A DNA stretch of 64,000 bases from Pirellulales bacterium (GCA_963733035.1 CAVTBU010000007.1:384001-448000), one strand, 5' to 3'; positions 44,752-57,102 are shown, counted from the stretch's first letter. Notes: generated from the letters alone by a model not told the origin. A program made the numbers and translations.

Positions 44752-45256
44752 AGGCTTTCGCTGGGGGAACTGGGGGACCTTGGTCTGGATATCTCTCTCG
44801 ATGCCACCGTCTGTATTACTACGCGACAGGGATCCAGCGCATTTTGCACCGTTCGTGATCGATTCCACCCGAACTGGTGAAGAGCCAAAGAGTTGGCACC
44901 TTTGCTGTTGCGCCTTCGCCCAACTATCGCACACCTCCACTAGCCTCGCAACCGCCCAGCCGCTGCTTAAGTGTAGGTTCACTGGTCAAGCAACCTCTTG
45001 GCCGCCTTGGGTTTGTCGCCAAACAAGAGCCCATTTCCACAACCCCGGTTCGCGCTGGTCGAAGCTGCCAGCAGACAGCGGTGGGAGCGCGGGTCCCGAC
45101 AGGTGTTTCCCAAGGCCCCTAACATCGCCATTTGCCGCACGCCGGAGAAGACTCAAGATCGCTACGATCGCGACCCGATACGAAGGACAGTCGCAAATCA
45201 TGCGCGCGCGGCACATCGTGCCGCGTCGCCAGTACTTCGCGTTCGTGTGGGAGACC

Positions 45257-46053
45257 ATGGTCGTGACACCAAACTCGGCTCATTCGCCGACGCACGTTGC
45301 CGGCGCCAACGACCCGAACCCAGCCGTTTTGAACGTTCGTCGTCCGGGCACATTGCGCGGCCCAATGCCGGACGAGCTGGACGATGACGCCGTACTGGCC
45401 ACTTTCGACAAACAAGAGCGAACCTTGCCACCCACGGTGATGCGATTGCCGCATCTGGCCACCGCTTCGCGACCGACGCCGTCGCGTCGCTATTCAATCC
45501 TGTCGATTGCCCACTGGGCGGCTTTGGTCTTGGGCGGAATGATCGCCCTATGGTTGATCTTCGGTGGACGCAGAAAGCCGATTGAAGAGTTCGACAAAAC
45601 ACCCGACGCAACGGCGCCGGCGCGAGCCGCTCACGACAAAGCATCCGATTGGAAGGCGCCGCCGCTGCCGTCGGCGGGCGACTCGCAGGCTCCCAAGTGG
45701 ACGCCGCCGCCGGTCCCGTCCGCCGGTGAGTCGCCAGCACCCCAGTGGACTCCCCCGGCGCCCGCCGCTTCAGAGCCAGCCGCCAGCGTCGCCGTTCCGC
45801 CTGTGGATGAACCCTCTCACGAAACACCGACGCACGAAGCGTGGCCGCAGGGTGGTGCAATCGACTCGCCCGCGGCCGAGCCCGAACTGCCGCCGAGCTA
45901 TGATGCCTCGCATCAACACGCGCCGACGGACTCTCCGTCGGGGCCGGCTCGCGCACGGCCAGTCGCGAGCCGCCACCAACGGATTACGACTCACCTTCTT
46001 CCGCTGCGGATGATGCTCAACCTCTAGGAATCACGGTGCCGGTACCGCAATGA
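45257..46053 (+). CDS. Pro-rich single-TM hypothetical protein (probable frameshift near 45950)
   Basis: TM helix and Pro/Trp repeats (WKAPP, WTPPP). The alternative-frame C-terminus ends in an ATGA overlap with the next gene. Confidence 0.55.
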
Positions 46054-47030
46054 CCACTTTCGACCGCGCTTTCATCAAAGCGTTTACCGACGCCCCGGTA
46101 CATCCGGCCGTGGGGCCGACCGAGGCCGTCACGCCGCCGCATGTCGCCCAGGTCCAGCCCGCCCGCGTCCGATTGGGCGGTTCGCCGGCCCGTGCTAGCG
46201 AAGTAGGGGAGTCCACGCGTCGCGAGAATCTGGTGCCGCCGCCGCGCCCCCTGTCGAGCTTCACCCCACAGCCGAAGCTACAGGACTCGTGTCGAGCCTT
46301 GCTGGAGGTCGACCGGTTCGCGTGGCCCACGGCCACGTTGGATCTTCTCGCGCGAGCCAGGACCGAGTGGGACCTGTTTGCCGAACAACTCATCGAGCGG
46401 ATGGCACAAGGTCAGAAATGTCTTGCCGTGGCGAGCACGGGTCGGGGTGACGGACGCACGACCGTGACCTTGGCACTCGCCAAACTGTTGGCCGAGCGTG
46501 GTCTGCGAACCGTGGCCGTGGACGCCGACTGCGACCATCCCACGTTAGTCAACGCTTGCGGCGTTTCGGTGCACACCGGCTGGGACGATCAGGTCAACAC
46601 CGAACTGGTTCCCGGCGAGTCGTTGATCGCGGCTGTCGAGGAAGGCGTCACGCTGATGCCCTGGCGTACGCCGGCTCCGAGCGGTCATTCGCTTCCGACG
46701 TCGCAACGGGCGGCGACGCTCTTTGCAACGTTGCGCGAGCATTACGATTTGACCGTGATCGACGCCCGGCCGCTAGTGGGCGAGACCGCCGTTGGCGACT
46801 TCGCGAATTTTGCCAAAGCCGCTCATGTCGACGCGTTGTACCTTGTGCACAACTTGAGCTTGCCTGACCGCGAGTCGCTAGCCGGGACTTGCGCCAAGCT
46901 GCGGCTGGCTGGGTTGCCGGTCGCCGGCGTCATTGAGAATTTTGTTTCGTCGCGGCCGCCCGTGCGTCCCGCATTTCCTGGTTCCTCCGCGCTGCCACGC
47001 CACCGGGCGCCGGCGCGACACGTCGAGTAA
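46050..47030 (+). CDS. P-loop protein, BY-kinase (CpsD/CapB)/MinD-like
   Basis: Walker A-like STGRGDGRTT; motifs AVDAD, YDLTVID and GVIENF. Confidence 0.7.
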   Translation: MTTFDRAFIKAFTDAPVHPAVGPTEAVTPPHVAQVQPARVRLGGSPARASEVGESTRRENLVPPPRPLSSFTPQPKLQDSCRALLEVDRFAWPTATLDLLARARTEWDLFAEQLIERMAQGQKCLAVASTGRGDGRTTVTLALAKLLAERGLRTVAVDADCDHPTLVNACGVSVHTGWDDQVNTELVPGESLIAAVEEGVTLMPWRTPAPSGHSLPTSQRAATLFATLREHYDLTVIDARPLVGETAVGDFANFAKAAHVDALYLVHNLSLPDRESLAGTCAKLRLAGLPVAGVIENFVSSRPPVRPAFPGSSALPRHRAPARHVE

Positions 47031-47044
47031 AGGTTGACCTGACG

Positions 47045-47866
47045 ATGTACGAGGCTTATTGGCAATTGCAATCGCGTCCGTTCGAGAACTGCACGGAGGC
47101 AAAGTTCTATTATCCCAGCGAAGTGCACCAGGGCGCGCTGCTCAAACTCCGCTACGCCGTCGAGAATCGCCGCGGCGCCGCGCTGTTGGCCGGTGCCGCC
47201 GGCGTCGGGAAGACGCTGTTGATCAATTCCTTGAAGCGTCAGGTGGGCGACGCCTGCCAGCCGTTCGTGCACATCGTGTTTCCGCAGATGTCCGTCAGCG
47301 AGCTTCTTAACTACCTGGCAGCGGAAATTGGCGCCCTGGCCAGCCCCACGGCCATCGCCACGACCGACGAGAGCGTTCGCCGCCTGCAAACGTTTCTGGA
47401 AGAAAACACCCGCCGTGGCCAGCATGCCGTAATCGCCATTGATGAAGCCCAATTGTTGCTGGAAACCGAGGCGCTCGAAACGTTGCGGCTGCTGTTGAAT
47501 TTCGAAATTCAATCGCAACCCGCCCTGACCATGATTCTCTCGGGTCAGCCTCAATTGTTGCCCGCATTGGAACGCCTGCCCGGTCTGGAAGCCCGGCTGG
47601 GCGTTAAGTGCCTGTTGCGGCCGCTCAACCTCGAAGAGACCATCAGCTATGTAAATCACCGCATGACGGCTGCGGGCGCAACGCACGAAATATTTACGCC
47701 CGAAGCACTAGCCACGCTGCACGAACTAACCGGCGGCAATCCTCGGAAGGTGAACCGTCTCTGTGATCTGGCTTTGCTTATCGGCTATGCCGAAGAGCAG
47801 GTGCGCATCAACGCGCCTCAAATCGAGACCGTCTGCAACGAGTTGGTCACCGTCTCGCCGGAATAG
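47045..47866 (+). CDS. ExeA/GspA-family AAA ATPase
   Basis: Motifs MYEAYWQLQSRPF, GAAGVGKT, IDEAQ and GNPRKVNRLCD. Confidence 0.9.
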   Translation: MYEAYWQLQSRPFENCTEAKFYYPSEVHQGALLKLRYAVENRRGAALLAGAAGVGKTLLINSLKRQVGDACQPFVHIVFPQMSVSELLNYLAAEIGALASPTAIATTDESVRRLQTFLEENTRRGQHAVIAIDEAQLLLETEALETLRLLLNFEIQSQPALTMILSGQPQLLPALERLPGLEARLGVKCLLRPLNLEETISYVNHRMTAAGATHEIFTPEALATLHELTGGNPRKVNRLCDLALLIGYAEEQVRINAPQIETVCNELVTVSPE

Positions 47867-47908
47867 TTGCCGCGTCGCAAGGCCCCTCGGCATGGTAAAA
47901 TCGTCGCC

Positions 47909-49479
47909 GTGAATGGGCCATCTCCAGTGCGCGATCTTCTCGTCTCCGCCGCCGTGGCCTTGCTGTGCGCCCTGTTGCTGCTCGCCACCTCGTCACGGCT
48001 GCCCATCGTGTGGGACGAAGGGGACACGATCGTTCGAGCCGAAAGCCTGCGCGACCTGGCCGATTGGCGGCAAGTGGGTGCGTGGCCCTACACGATCGTC
48101 CGCGAAGGACACCCGCCGCTTGTCGGATTGCTCGTGGCCGGCGGCGAGCGGCTAGCGCCAGGTGGCCTCGATCCGCTCACCCGCGACCGGTTCGGTCCGA
48201 TCCTGCTGTTCTCGCTGGCGGCCGGGGCGATGTTCTATCGACTCAAGCGAGACTACGGCCTGTGGATCGTTGGCATCGTCGCCATTGGTGTCTTGATGAC
48301 GATGCCCCGCATGTTTGCCCACGCGCACTTCGCCACGCTCGACGCACCGCTGACGGCGTGCTGGGTACTCGCCTGGGCGACGTTCGCACCGGCGCGGCGA
48401 AATTGGGCCTGGACGCCGCTGTTCGCCCTGGCGCTCGGCCTGACGCTGGCGGCCAAGTTTACCGGCTGGCTGGCCCCCCTCCCCTTTATCGCCTGGACAG
48501 TGTTGTATCGCGACCGCGGTGGACTGCGGGCGCTGGCCGTCGGCGTGCCGCTGGCGGTAATGGTGTTCGTGGCCCTCAACCCGCCGCTGTGGAGCCAACC
48601 GGTGGAAGGTCTGCGTACGTTCTTTGAGCTGAATTTGAACCGCGGAGAGAATCCAGGACTGAATATCACCACGCAGTTCTTCGGCCGGCTATACGACCTC
48701 GACCACCCGTTGCCCGCGTACAACACGATCGTGTGGACGCTGATCGTCGTTTCGCCAATGTCGCTGCTGCTTGCGGGAGTCGGCGTCGTGGCCACGATCC
48801 GCCGTTGGCGAACGGATCCGGTCTCCACGCTGTTGGTGTTTCCGTGGCTGACGTTGCTCGTCGTGCGAGCCCTCCCTTGGGCTCCGCCACACGACGGGGT
48901 CCGCCTGTTTCTGCCCAGCTTTGCATTCCTGGCGGCGCTGGCCGGCGTGGGCGCTGGCCGAGCGCTTTATCGCGAGACACTATTCGGTCCGAACAGAATC
49001 GTGGCCCAGGGTTGGGCCAAAGTGGCCATTGGCATTGCTTTGGTGATGGGAACCGTCGATGCCGTGGCCTACTTTCCGCATGGCCTCTCGTTTTACAACC
49101 GGCTGATTGGCGGGCTCGCGGGGCGACCGCTCTGGGAATGGAACCAACGTACTATTGGGACGCTCTCGACCGCGAGACCTTGAGCTGGCTCGCCGAACAC
49201 ACGGCCCGCGACGAGAAGATTGCCTTCGCTAGTGCGCCGCCCAAGAACTTGGAGCTCCTCAAGCGTTGGGGAGCGCTCAGGCACACGCCGAGCGACCCTG
49301 GCCGGTTTCGCTGGTACGTCGTACAACGCCGTCCGAGCGGACTGCAGCCAGCCGACCAGTGGCTCATCGAGCACGTTGAGCCGGCCTACGAGCGAACGTT
49401 CTCCGGCGTGCCGCTATTGGACGTCTATGATTACGAGCAGTTCGAACACGCGCTGGCAGCGACTCACACGGTGCGCTGA
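47909..49479 (+). CDS. GT-C membrane glycosyltransferase (PMT/ArnT-like; frameshift near 49120)
   Basis: VWDE loop, GHPP motif, many TM segments, and EPTYYWD in the second frame. Confidence 0.8.
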
Positions 49480-49484
49480 GCGGC

Positions 49485-50708
49485 TCAGGCCAACTTGGCC
49501 ATCGTGGCGTACAGATCCAGGTCGGCGCGATCGCCGATGATGGCGAAGACCCGCTGAATTTGTCGAAGGCCGTCCGCAATCACGAATCGCCCGTTGCGGC
49601 CGCCGCTCTTGGCGCCTAGCACGTAGAAATCGACCTCACGGCACACGACGTCGCCAGGCTCCATCGTCTCGACCGCTCCCGTGCGCGGGCAGCAGCCCAG
49701 TTGCAACTCCTCATAGAGCCTCGCGTCGACGCGGTAACCGACGTTGGCAATCACCCGATCGAATTCCGATTCACTTGGTTCGTTCGTTTGTGCGCCTCCC
49801 AGCCGCACCGCGAAGCGGCCCAAATCGGGATGCCAGGTGAGCGATTCAACCGTTGTGTCGGACAAATGCGTGACGTGATTGGCATCGTCCGACGCCAGTC
49901 GTCGCGCTTGTTCGTGAATCCGTCGCCGAGTTGCCTGAACGTCGTCCGACGATCGGCCATTCGAGTCGGAAATTGACGATCGCGTCGCCCAGGTGATCCA
50001 AGTATCGGGCGCCTGCGAAGCCAAATCCGCCAGTGCCACGAGCGTCGTGACGGCCGAATCTCCGTCCCCCACGAGCAGAATATTGCGGCCGGCATAGCGC
50101 TCGCGGTCGGCCCCGAGTACGTCGGGCAGCCCATATTCCACGTGCGTTGCGGCGACAAGTTCGCCCGCGGCCGGCAGGCCGTCCGGCCCCAGCCAATGGT
50201 GACGCCCATAGGTGCCCGTTGTATCGAGGACCGCCTGGGCGGTGGCAAATCGTTCGTGTGCGTGGCCGCTCGGGTCGGTCGTGCGGAGCAGCAGGCGAAA
50301 GTCGCTGTCGGCACGCTCCTCGCTGTCCGCCCCTTCCCCCTTGAGCCATCCCTCTCGACCGACCGCCAGCACTTCGGTGCCCGGGTGCAAACTGTCGATG
50401 AGTAAATCGGACTGGGCCAACGGCAACAGATAGCGCCTGCGGTAGTCTCGGCCGGTGAGCAGCGCATCGTCGTCGGGCGGTTGCCAGTTCGGGTCCTGGG
50501 CCTTAAGTGCCGCCATGCCCAACGGCGAACGATTCTGGCCGAACGGCGTAAACATCTGCACGTGGCCCCACTGCTCGACGTGTTCGGCCACCTGGCTACG
50601 CTCGTAAACGTCGACGTCGTAACCGAGGTAGCGAGCGTATAACGCCGCCTCGAGTCCAATCGGGCCCGCCCCCAGAACAGCGATCCGTGCCGGAGTGTCA
50701 ATCGCCAT
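49485..50708 (-). CDS. FAD-dependent oxidoreductase
   Basis: Motifs GAGPIGLEAA, DTTGTY and ANVGYR. Confidence 0.85.
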   Translation of the reverse strand: MAIDTPARIAVLGAGPIGLEAALYARYLGYDVDVYERSQVAEHVEQWGHVQMFTPFGQNRSPLGMAALKAQDPNWQPPDDDALLTGRDYRRRYLLPLAQSDLLIDSLHPGTEVLAVGREGWLKGEGADSEERADSDFRLLLRTTDPSGHAHERFATAQAVLDTTGTYGRHHWLGPDGLPAAGELVAATHVEYGLPDVLGADRERYAGRNILLVGDGDSAVTTLVALADLASQAPDTWITWATRSSISDSNGRSSDDVQATRRRIHEQARRLASDDANHVTHLSDTTVESLTWHPDLGRFAVRLGGAQTNEPSESEFDRVIANVGYRVDARLYEELQLGCCPRTGAVETMEPGDVVCREVDFYVLGAKSGGRNGRFVIADGLRQIQRVFAIIGDRADLDLYATMAKLA

Positions 50709-50719
50709 GCTGCTGGCTC

Positions 50720-51874
50720 TCAGGATACCGTCGTCTCATGGCGCGGCCGATTCGCCACCGATGCGGTGGGCGACTGCCGATCCAGTCGAAACGGCGTGAG
50801 GTCCACATCGGTTTGTTCACCGGCCATCAACTGATTCATTACCACGGCCGTCCCGGTCGAGAGTTGCAGGCCGCCACGGAAATGGCCGGCGGCGACCCAG
50901 GCATTTTCCAGTTCCGGCACGCTTCCCAGGTAGGGTATGCCGTCGAGGGTTGCCGGCCGCAAACCGGCCCAGGAACGTTCTAGCTGCGCGGCCGACAAGT
51001 CCGGCACCAGGCTCAATGCAAACCGCACTAGTTCGCCGATCGAACCGGCCGTGGTCGCGCGATCAAAGCCCGCGTCCTCTTCCGTCGAACCCACCAACAC
51101 GCGTCCGTCGGGCCGGGGCACCAAATAGCGTTTTCCCTCGTTCACGATGCGCGAAAAGAGCGGCCGATTCTGCGACAGCAGGGCAATTTGTCCACGGATC
51201 GGCTTGATCGCCAACTGCACCCCCAATTTGCGCGCCACGGCGCCGGTCCACGCACCCGTTGTGACGCAGAACGCTCTGGCTGAATATTTTCCGGCGGTGG
51301 TCCGCACGGCGGTAATCCGCTCGCCGCGAATCTCAAAATCTTCAGCCGCTACGCCCGGGCATACTTCGACGTCCCGTTGCGCACAGCCCACCAGCAGCGC
51401 CTTCAAATGACGAGGATTGCGAATCTGGTGTTCGTCCGCCACCAGATACGCCCCTGCGATTACGCCGCTGGGACGCAACGCCGGCTCGGCCTGCTGCAAT
51501 GCACCGCCGGAGAGCGGCTCGGCCGCAATCTTGCGCGTGGCCGCCCAACTGCCAAGTTGCCGCAGGTGCTCGATCTCGCGCGCCTCGCGGGCCAAATAAA
51601 TCGCGCCGCAGCGGCGATAGCCGTTGTCGATGCCGGTACTGTCCCGTAGCTGTTCTGCCCAAGTGGCATGCAGGTGGTTGCTCAAGGCAACGAGCTGTTC
51701 GAGCGGATCGAGGTTACCTTCGCCAGCCGGTGGCAAAATGCCCGCACCGGCCCACGAGGCTTCGCGCCCTGGCTGAGTCGCATCGATCACGCGCACGCTT
51801 TGGCCTCGTCCGGCCGCTTCGTACGCGATCGAGAGCCCAACGACGCCTCCGCCGATCACTAGCAAGTCTGCCAT
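50720..51874 (-). CDS. thiO: Glycine oxidase
   Basis: Motifs GGGVVGL, ASWAGAGIL, PIRGQ, WAGLRP and GHFRGG. Confidence 0.85.
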   Translation of the reverse strand: MADLLVIGGGVVGLSIAYEAAGRGQSVRVIDATQPGREASWAGAGILPPAGEGNLDPLEQLVALSNHLHATWAEQLRDSTGIDNGYRRCGAIYLAREAREIEHLRQLGSWAATRKIAAEPLSGGALQQAEPALRPSGVIAGAYLVADEHQIRNPRHLKALLVGCAQRDVEVCPGVAAEDFEIRGERITAVRTTAGKYSARAFCVTTGAWTGAVARKLGVQLAIKPIRGQIALLSQNRPLFSRIVNEGKRYLVPRPDGRVLVGSTEEDAGFDRATTAGSIGELVRFALSLVPDLSAAQLERSWAGLRPATLDGIPYLGSVPELENAWVAAGHFRGGLQLSTGTAVVMNQLMAGEQTDVDLTPFRLDRQSPTASVANRPRHETTVS

Positions 51875-51971
51875 CGGATCCCCTGAAAATCGCCTTACGG
51901 CGGTCCGCTGTTTTAAGAACGCCCGCCATTGTATCGCCGGCTGTCACAATGGACGAGCAGGCGGCCGCGAA

Positions 51972-52208
51972 TCAATGCGACGCGCCGCTCTGGAGAATCC
52001 TCCGCAACAGCAATTCATCGATTCGGCCGCGGAATCGCTCCTTGCCGTCGATGACCACCACCGGCACGCATTCGTCGTACCTCTCTCGAAGCGCCGGGTC
52101 CGCATCGATATCCAATACCTCGAATTTCAGTTGATGCCGCACGAGCACCTCGGCCGCCACATCGCAGAGATGGCACGCCTGGCGGGAGTAAAGCACAATT
52201 TCGGGCAT
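51972..52208 (-). CDS. Glutaredoxin-like protein (DUF836)
   Basis: Motifs YSRQACHLCD and VPVV. Confidence 0.85.
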   Translation of the reverse strand: MPEIVLYSRQACHLCDVAAEVLVRHQLKFEVLDIDADPALRERYDECVPVVVIDGKERFRGRIDELLLRRILQSGASH

Positions 52209-52552
52209 AAAGTTCTCCATCAAGACGCCTGGCCTCCCCGCCGTTGGAGTGGGGAAATTCGGGGCCGCCGGGCCAAATTCACCGATTTCGGTGCTCCGGG
52301 CGGGGCGACAACTTTGCGACAATTGCCGCTCGGGACTATCCTCACAATGGAGCGTCGCCATGAAGTGCGCCGTCCCCACGAGCGGCTCGGGTGGCAAGTC
52401 AAGCGTCGTTCGGTTCGTTAAAGTTCCTGTTGGTTTAGAGAGCGTTCGAAACTATTCTAACCCGCGCCGACCGGCTCCGTCTTGCGGTGATTTGGCGTGG
52501 GTCGAGTCGCACACGCGAGAAGGCGACGAGGATACACGTCCTCGGCTTCATC

Positions 52553-54065
52553 ATGGGTAAGCTCGCCGTCGACAGGTTTCTGGCGCTCGTCGGACGTAGC
52601 GGTCTGGTGGAACCAGATCGGCTCAATGCCCTGATCGAACAGTGGAAAAGTCAGGCGACCGTCGAACAACTCGACGACGCGGTGGACTGCGGCGCTTTTC
52701 TTGTCCGCGTTGGCGCACTGACCGCTTGGCAGTGCCACAAGCTGCTCGACGGCCGACATCGCGGCTTCATGCTTGGCAACTACAAGCTGCTCGATCACCT
52801 GGGCAGCGGCGGCATGAGCAACGTCTACTTGGCCCAGCACGTGCTCATGCAGCGGCTCGTGGCCATCAAAGTCCTGCCCGAGAATCTCGTGGGCGACTCC
52901 TCGTATCTGGCAAGGTTTCACTTCGAGGGTCAAGCCGTGGCGGCGCTCGACCATCCGAACATCGTGCGTGCCTACGATCTGGGAAGCGAGGGCAAGATAC
53001 ACTACTTGGTGATGGAATACGTCGATGGCAGCGACTTGGAAGCCCTCGTCGAACGCGGCGGTCCACTCCCCTATCACACGGCTGCCCGTTACATCCTGCA
53101 AGCGGCCGAGGGATTGGAACACGCACACCGATCGGGTCTGGTGCATCGCGACATCAAGCCCGCGAACCTGCTGGTCGACCGACAAGGCACGGTTAAAGTG
53201 CTCGATATGGGCCTGGCCCGCTTCAAGGCCGAAGTTCGGCCCGTGCCCGAGTTTGCGCGCGACGAGCAGGTGCTGGGAACCGCCGCTTATTTTGCCCCGG
53301 AACAGGCCGTCAACAGTCAAACAGCGGATGCCCGGGCCGACATCTACGGCCTCGGTTGCACGCTGTATTTCCTGTTGACCGGGCACCCGCCATTTCGCGG
53401 CGAATCGGCGATGGAACTGATGACGGCGCACCATCGACAAACCGCGCCGAGCATTCAAGCCGAACGCCCTGACGCACCGCCGGCGTTGGTGGCAATTTGC
53501 CAAAAGATGATGGAGAAGACGCCCGAGCAGCGTTTTCAATCGGCTCAAGAGCTTGCCGACCAGCTTGCCCAGTGGCTCGACGCCGAGCGTGATGCGGGCA
53601 GGCTGTCGCGCGAATCTGGCGAAGAGACAGCCGGCGCCCCCGCCCATTCTTGGGGCGACACGGATCACAACCTTCAAGACACGGCGCGCATCGAACGGCT
53701 GGCCCGTCAAGCGGCCCCACGGTCCGACGTATTCTCCGGCAGCAGTCCCGGGACGGCGCGGCGCGAGCCGGAAAACGAATCGGACGTGATTGTGCCTCCG
53801 CCGCCTCCAACACCGCCGGCCGTTCCCCCCGCGCAACGCGCATGTCGCCGCGATTCCAACGGTGCAACCGGTTGTGTCAGTGCCGCTTGAACCACCGCGC
53901 GCCGTCGCGACCGAGGCGATTGTGCGCGACGTCGTGACGCCGCGAGTCAGCGCGTCGCGCGCGATGATTAAGCGCTCGCGCGGCGGACAATTCTGGCCGG
54001 CAATTTTTCTAGCCGCGCTCGTGCTGGGAACGATTCTTTTCGCCTTGTTCGCGCTCGGACAGTAG
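52553..54065 (+). CDS. Hanks-type Ser/Thr protein kinase with C-terminal TM (frameshift near 53830)
   Basis: Motifs LGSGGMS, VAIK, HRDIKPAN, DMGLA and APE. The TM segment is in the 53790-54065 frame. Confidence 0.9.
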
Positions 54066-54391
54066 CGCGGCCTGCGGCCCAATTGAATTCCCTCACGAGA
54101 GGGGGTATCGCATGGGCGAAAATGCACGCCGTCAAGACCCCCATCTGGCGAAAAAAACGACCCCAGTGGATAATTGTAAGTCATTATGTATAAGCCACTT
54201 AAGAAAGTAGATTGCATTTCGTCCGAAGTCGCACGTAGGATAGGTATAGTCGGTTTGTCGACCGGCTTTCCAAGGGAGCTTCCGGGCGTCAAACCGGAGG
54301 GCTTGCAGCAGGCAAATCGCGCCTCGATTTACTTCAAAGGATTGACTCGTGCTGCCACAAATGATGCCTTTGTTTTTTCGTCCGCCCTGCC

Positions 54392-55114
54392 ATGCAACGT
54401 CGCGAACACAATTCGAAAGGACGGTTTCTCAAGCCGCAGTTTTCGAACTCGGTGGCGTGGGGCAAATCGCGCCGTCGCGGCGGTCAGGCACATAAACGAT
54501 CTCGCAGTCTCAAACGCAACTTGAAGTTGCCATTTGTACCCCCCGAAGACTGGCACGAACCGCGTGAAGATGGCGAAGGTTATCGCATTATCGTGCAGCC
54601 ACCGGGCAACGGTTATCGGCACGTCTTGACCCCCGATGACGTCCGCCGCCGACTGTCCGAGTTCCCAAGTTGGATGCTCGAAGAGCTCGAGGTAATTCAA
54701 TTTAGCCGGATGACGCGCAAGAAGCAGAGCTTCCCCTGCTACGGCATGCAATGGGGCTCGAGCCTGTATCTTTACCCAATCGAAGTCGGTTTGGTCGAGT
54801 ACTACAATTGCCCGCCCACGCCGGCGCAGGTCAACGAGGCCCGCATGTACGGCGGCGAATGGTCGGAAACGTCGCCCGGCGTGTGGGGGTTACGGTGGAC
54901 CGAGGAGTCGCTCCGCGACTTCTACCTCAATAACATCCTCATCCACGAATTGGGACACTTGGTCGACAGCCGCAACACGGGTTACGTGGCTCGCGAGCGG
55001 TATGCCGAATGGTTTGCCGTGGAATACGGCTACAAGCGAAGTCAAGCCAGTCGACCGCCCAAAAAGATCACGCGCCGGCATCATGCCACGGGCTCCAGGC
55101 GCCGACGTGCCTAG
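54392..55114 (+). CDS. Hypothetical protein with zincin-like HExxH motif
   Basis: LIHELGH followed by ERYAE; basic termini. Confidence 0.65.
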   Translation: MQRREHNSKGRFLKPQFSNSVAWGKSRRRGGQAHKRSRSLKRNLKLPFVPPEDWHEPREDGEGYRIIVQPPGNGYRHVLTPDDVRRRLSEFPSWMLEELEVIQFSRMTRKKQSFPCYGMQWGSSLYLYPIEVGLVEYYNCPPTPAQVNEARMYGGEWSETSPGVWGLRWTEESLRDFYLNNILIHELGHLVDSRNTGYVARERYAEWFAVEYGYKRSQASRPPKKITRRHHATGSRRRRA

Positions 55115-55216
55115 CCGTTCGCCCGCAGGCCGCTCGTTCAGGTCGCTCCGGGCTGCCGCTCGTCTTATAATTAGACTACTCGCCAGTCCTTCCCGCGCAA
55201 AACAGTAGAGGCATCG

Positions 55217-57069
55217 ATGCTAGGGCGCAGTCAACGAGGAGGTGCGGCCTTCATCGCGGCCGTATGCTGCGTGCTTGTCGCGCCGGCACACGCCGCTGCG
55301 CCTTCGGTTGCCGACCGCGGCCAGGTGAAGCAGGCCGAATCGGCCCTCACGCGGGCCGGAAACTTCTATCGAGCCAAGAAATATCGCGAGTCAGGCGACG
55401 CCGCCCGCGAGGCGATCGGGCTTGTAGAGGCTTTGCCGGCCGACGATTCGCGGGCCTGGCAGTCGCTGCTTGAGCCGCTGCGAAAACAACTGACGCGTGC
55501 CAAACAACTCCTGGCCACGCATGGCGTCGAGATTCCCGAACTGTCCGCTCCCAGCGCGGCCCCGCCGGCCGGCCTTGGCGCCAGTTTTACGAAAGACGTG
55601 ACGCCGATTTTGCTCTCGCGGTGTGGCAACTGCCACGTGCAGCGTGCCCGAGGCGAGTTCAGCATGGCGAGTTTCGCGGCATTGGCAAAGGGGTCGCCCG
55701 GCGGAACCGTCATTATGCCCGGCGACGCCGAGGGGAGTCGGATGATTGAGCTCGTCGAAACGGGAGACATGCCGCGCGGTGGCGGCAAGTTGAGCGCCGA
55801 GGAATTGACGGTGCTCAAGTCCTGGATCAACGCAGGTGCCAAGTTCGACGGAGACGACGAGGCCGCCTCGCTGGCCAGCCTCGCGCCGAGCACTACGCCA
55901 GCAACGACTAAGCTCGAAGTCGTCGCGGCCGGAGCGCAGGATGAAGTGCGATTCGCGCGCGATATTGGACCGATCCTGCTCAACAACTGCTTGGAATGTC
56001 ACGGCGAGCGCAACGCGGGGGCCAACTTCAGCATGAGCACGTTTAGTCGCCTGCTGCAAGGGGGCGCAGCCGGTCCGCCGTTTGTGCCCGGCAAACCGGC
56101 CGATAGCCTAATCATCAAAAAGCTCCGCGGCACGGCCGGCGGGGCCCGCATGCCCCAAGGTCGCGATCCACTGCCAGAAGCGACCATTGCGAAAATTGAA
56201 AAGTGGATTTCGCTGGGCGGAAAACTCGACGGGCCGGATCCGGGAATGGCGCTCGCGGATGTCGTTGCCCAGAATGCGGCGTCCCGAATGACGCATGCCG
56301 AGCTGAGTAAAGAGCGCGTGGCTCTCTCGGCAAAGACCTGGCGGCTGATTCTGCCCGACGTAGAAGCCAATCGTGAGGAGAGCGAGAACGTGCTCGTCGT
56401 CGGCGGCGTCGGCAAGGAGGTCCTCGCCGAAGTAGCACTCACGGCCGATGAACAAGTGGCGAAGCTCCGCAAACTTTTCAAGGTTCCCGACAACGAGCCG
56501 TTGATTCGCGGCCGCCTCACGCTCTACGTCTTCGACAAGCGCTACGACTATGGCGAAGTGGGCACGATGCTTGAACATCGCGAGTTGCCTTTGACTTGGC
56601 ACGGCCATTGGGCCTATAGCCCGCTCGAACCGTACGGTTGCATTCTGCTCTCCGACCGCGGCAAAGCCCCGCCGGGCCTGGTCGCGCAACAAATCGCCGG
56701 CGTGTACGTGGCCAGTTTGGGAAATGTGCCCCGTTGGTTCTCTGAAGGCAGCGCCCGCGCGATCGCCGCACGCATCGATCCGAAGGACCCGCGGGTCCAG
56801 CAGTGGGACGACCGCGTTGCCGAGGTGCTGGCCACCACCGACAAGCCCGAGGGCTTTCTCACGGAAAAACTTCCCCCGGAAGATGGCGACGTGCTGAGCT
56901 ATAGCTTCGTATCGAAGCTGCTCATGTCGCCGACGACGCGCTACGTGGCCCTGATTGCGCGCTGCAGGAAGGCGTGCAATTCGACGAAGCATTCGCCAAG
57001 TCGTATCGAGGCACTCCGGCCGAAGCCGTGCCAGCCTGGCTTTCCCGCGTCAGCCGCCGCCGTCGCTAG
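55217..57069 (+). CDS. Secreted planctomycete cytochrome c domain protein (frameshift near 56960)
   Basis: Signal peptide; heme motifs CGNCH and CLECH, each followed by MP. The likely true C-terminus ends at the TAG at 57067-57069. Confidence 0.8.
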
Positions 57070-57102
57070 GGTCCGCGAGTTTCCCTCTTATAGGGCCGGC
57101 GA

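Noticed and set aside
44752..45010. SAM/SAH/cobalamin riboswitch upstream of metH
   Set aside because: GCAAC...GGTGCCAA resembles part of SAM-I, but the ATC-AGAG/GAGGGA/GAT P1-P2 elements are not evident. An Infernal/Rfam scan would be decisive.
45640..45780. Short tandem-like repeats (TGGACGCCGCCG...) as a CRISPR or DNA repeat array
   Set aside because: They are degenerate coding repeats of a Pro-rich linker with no spacer structure. No CRISPR array, tRNA or rRNA was recognised anywhere in the window.
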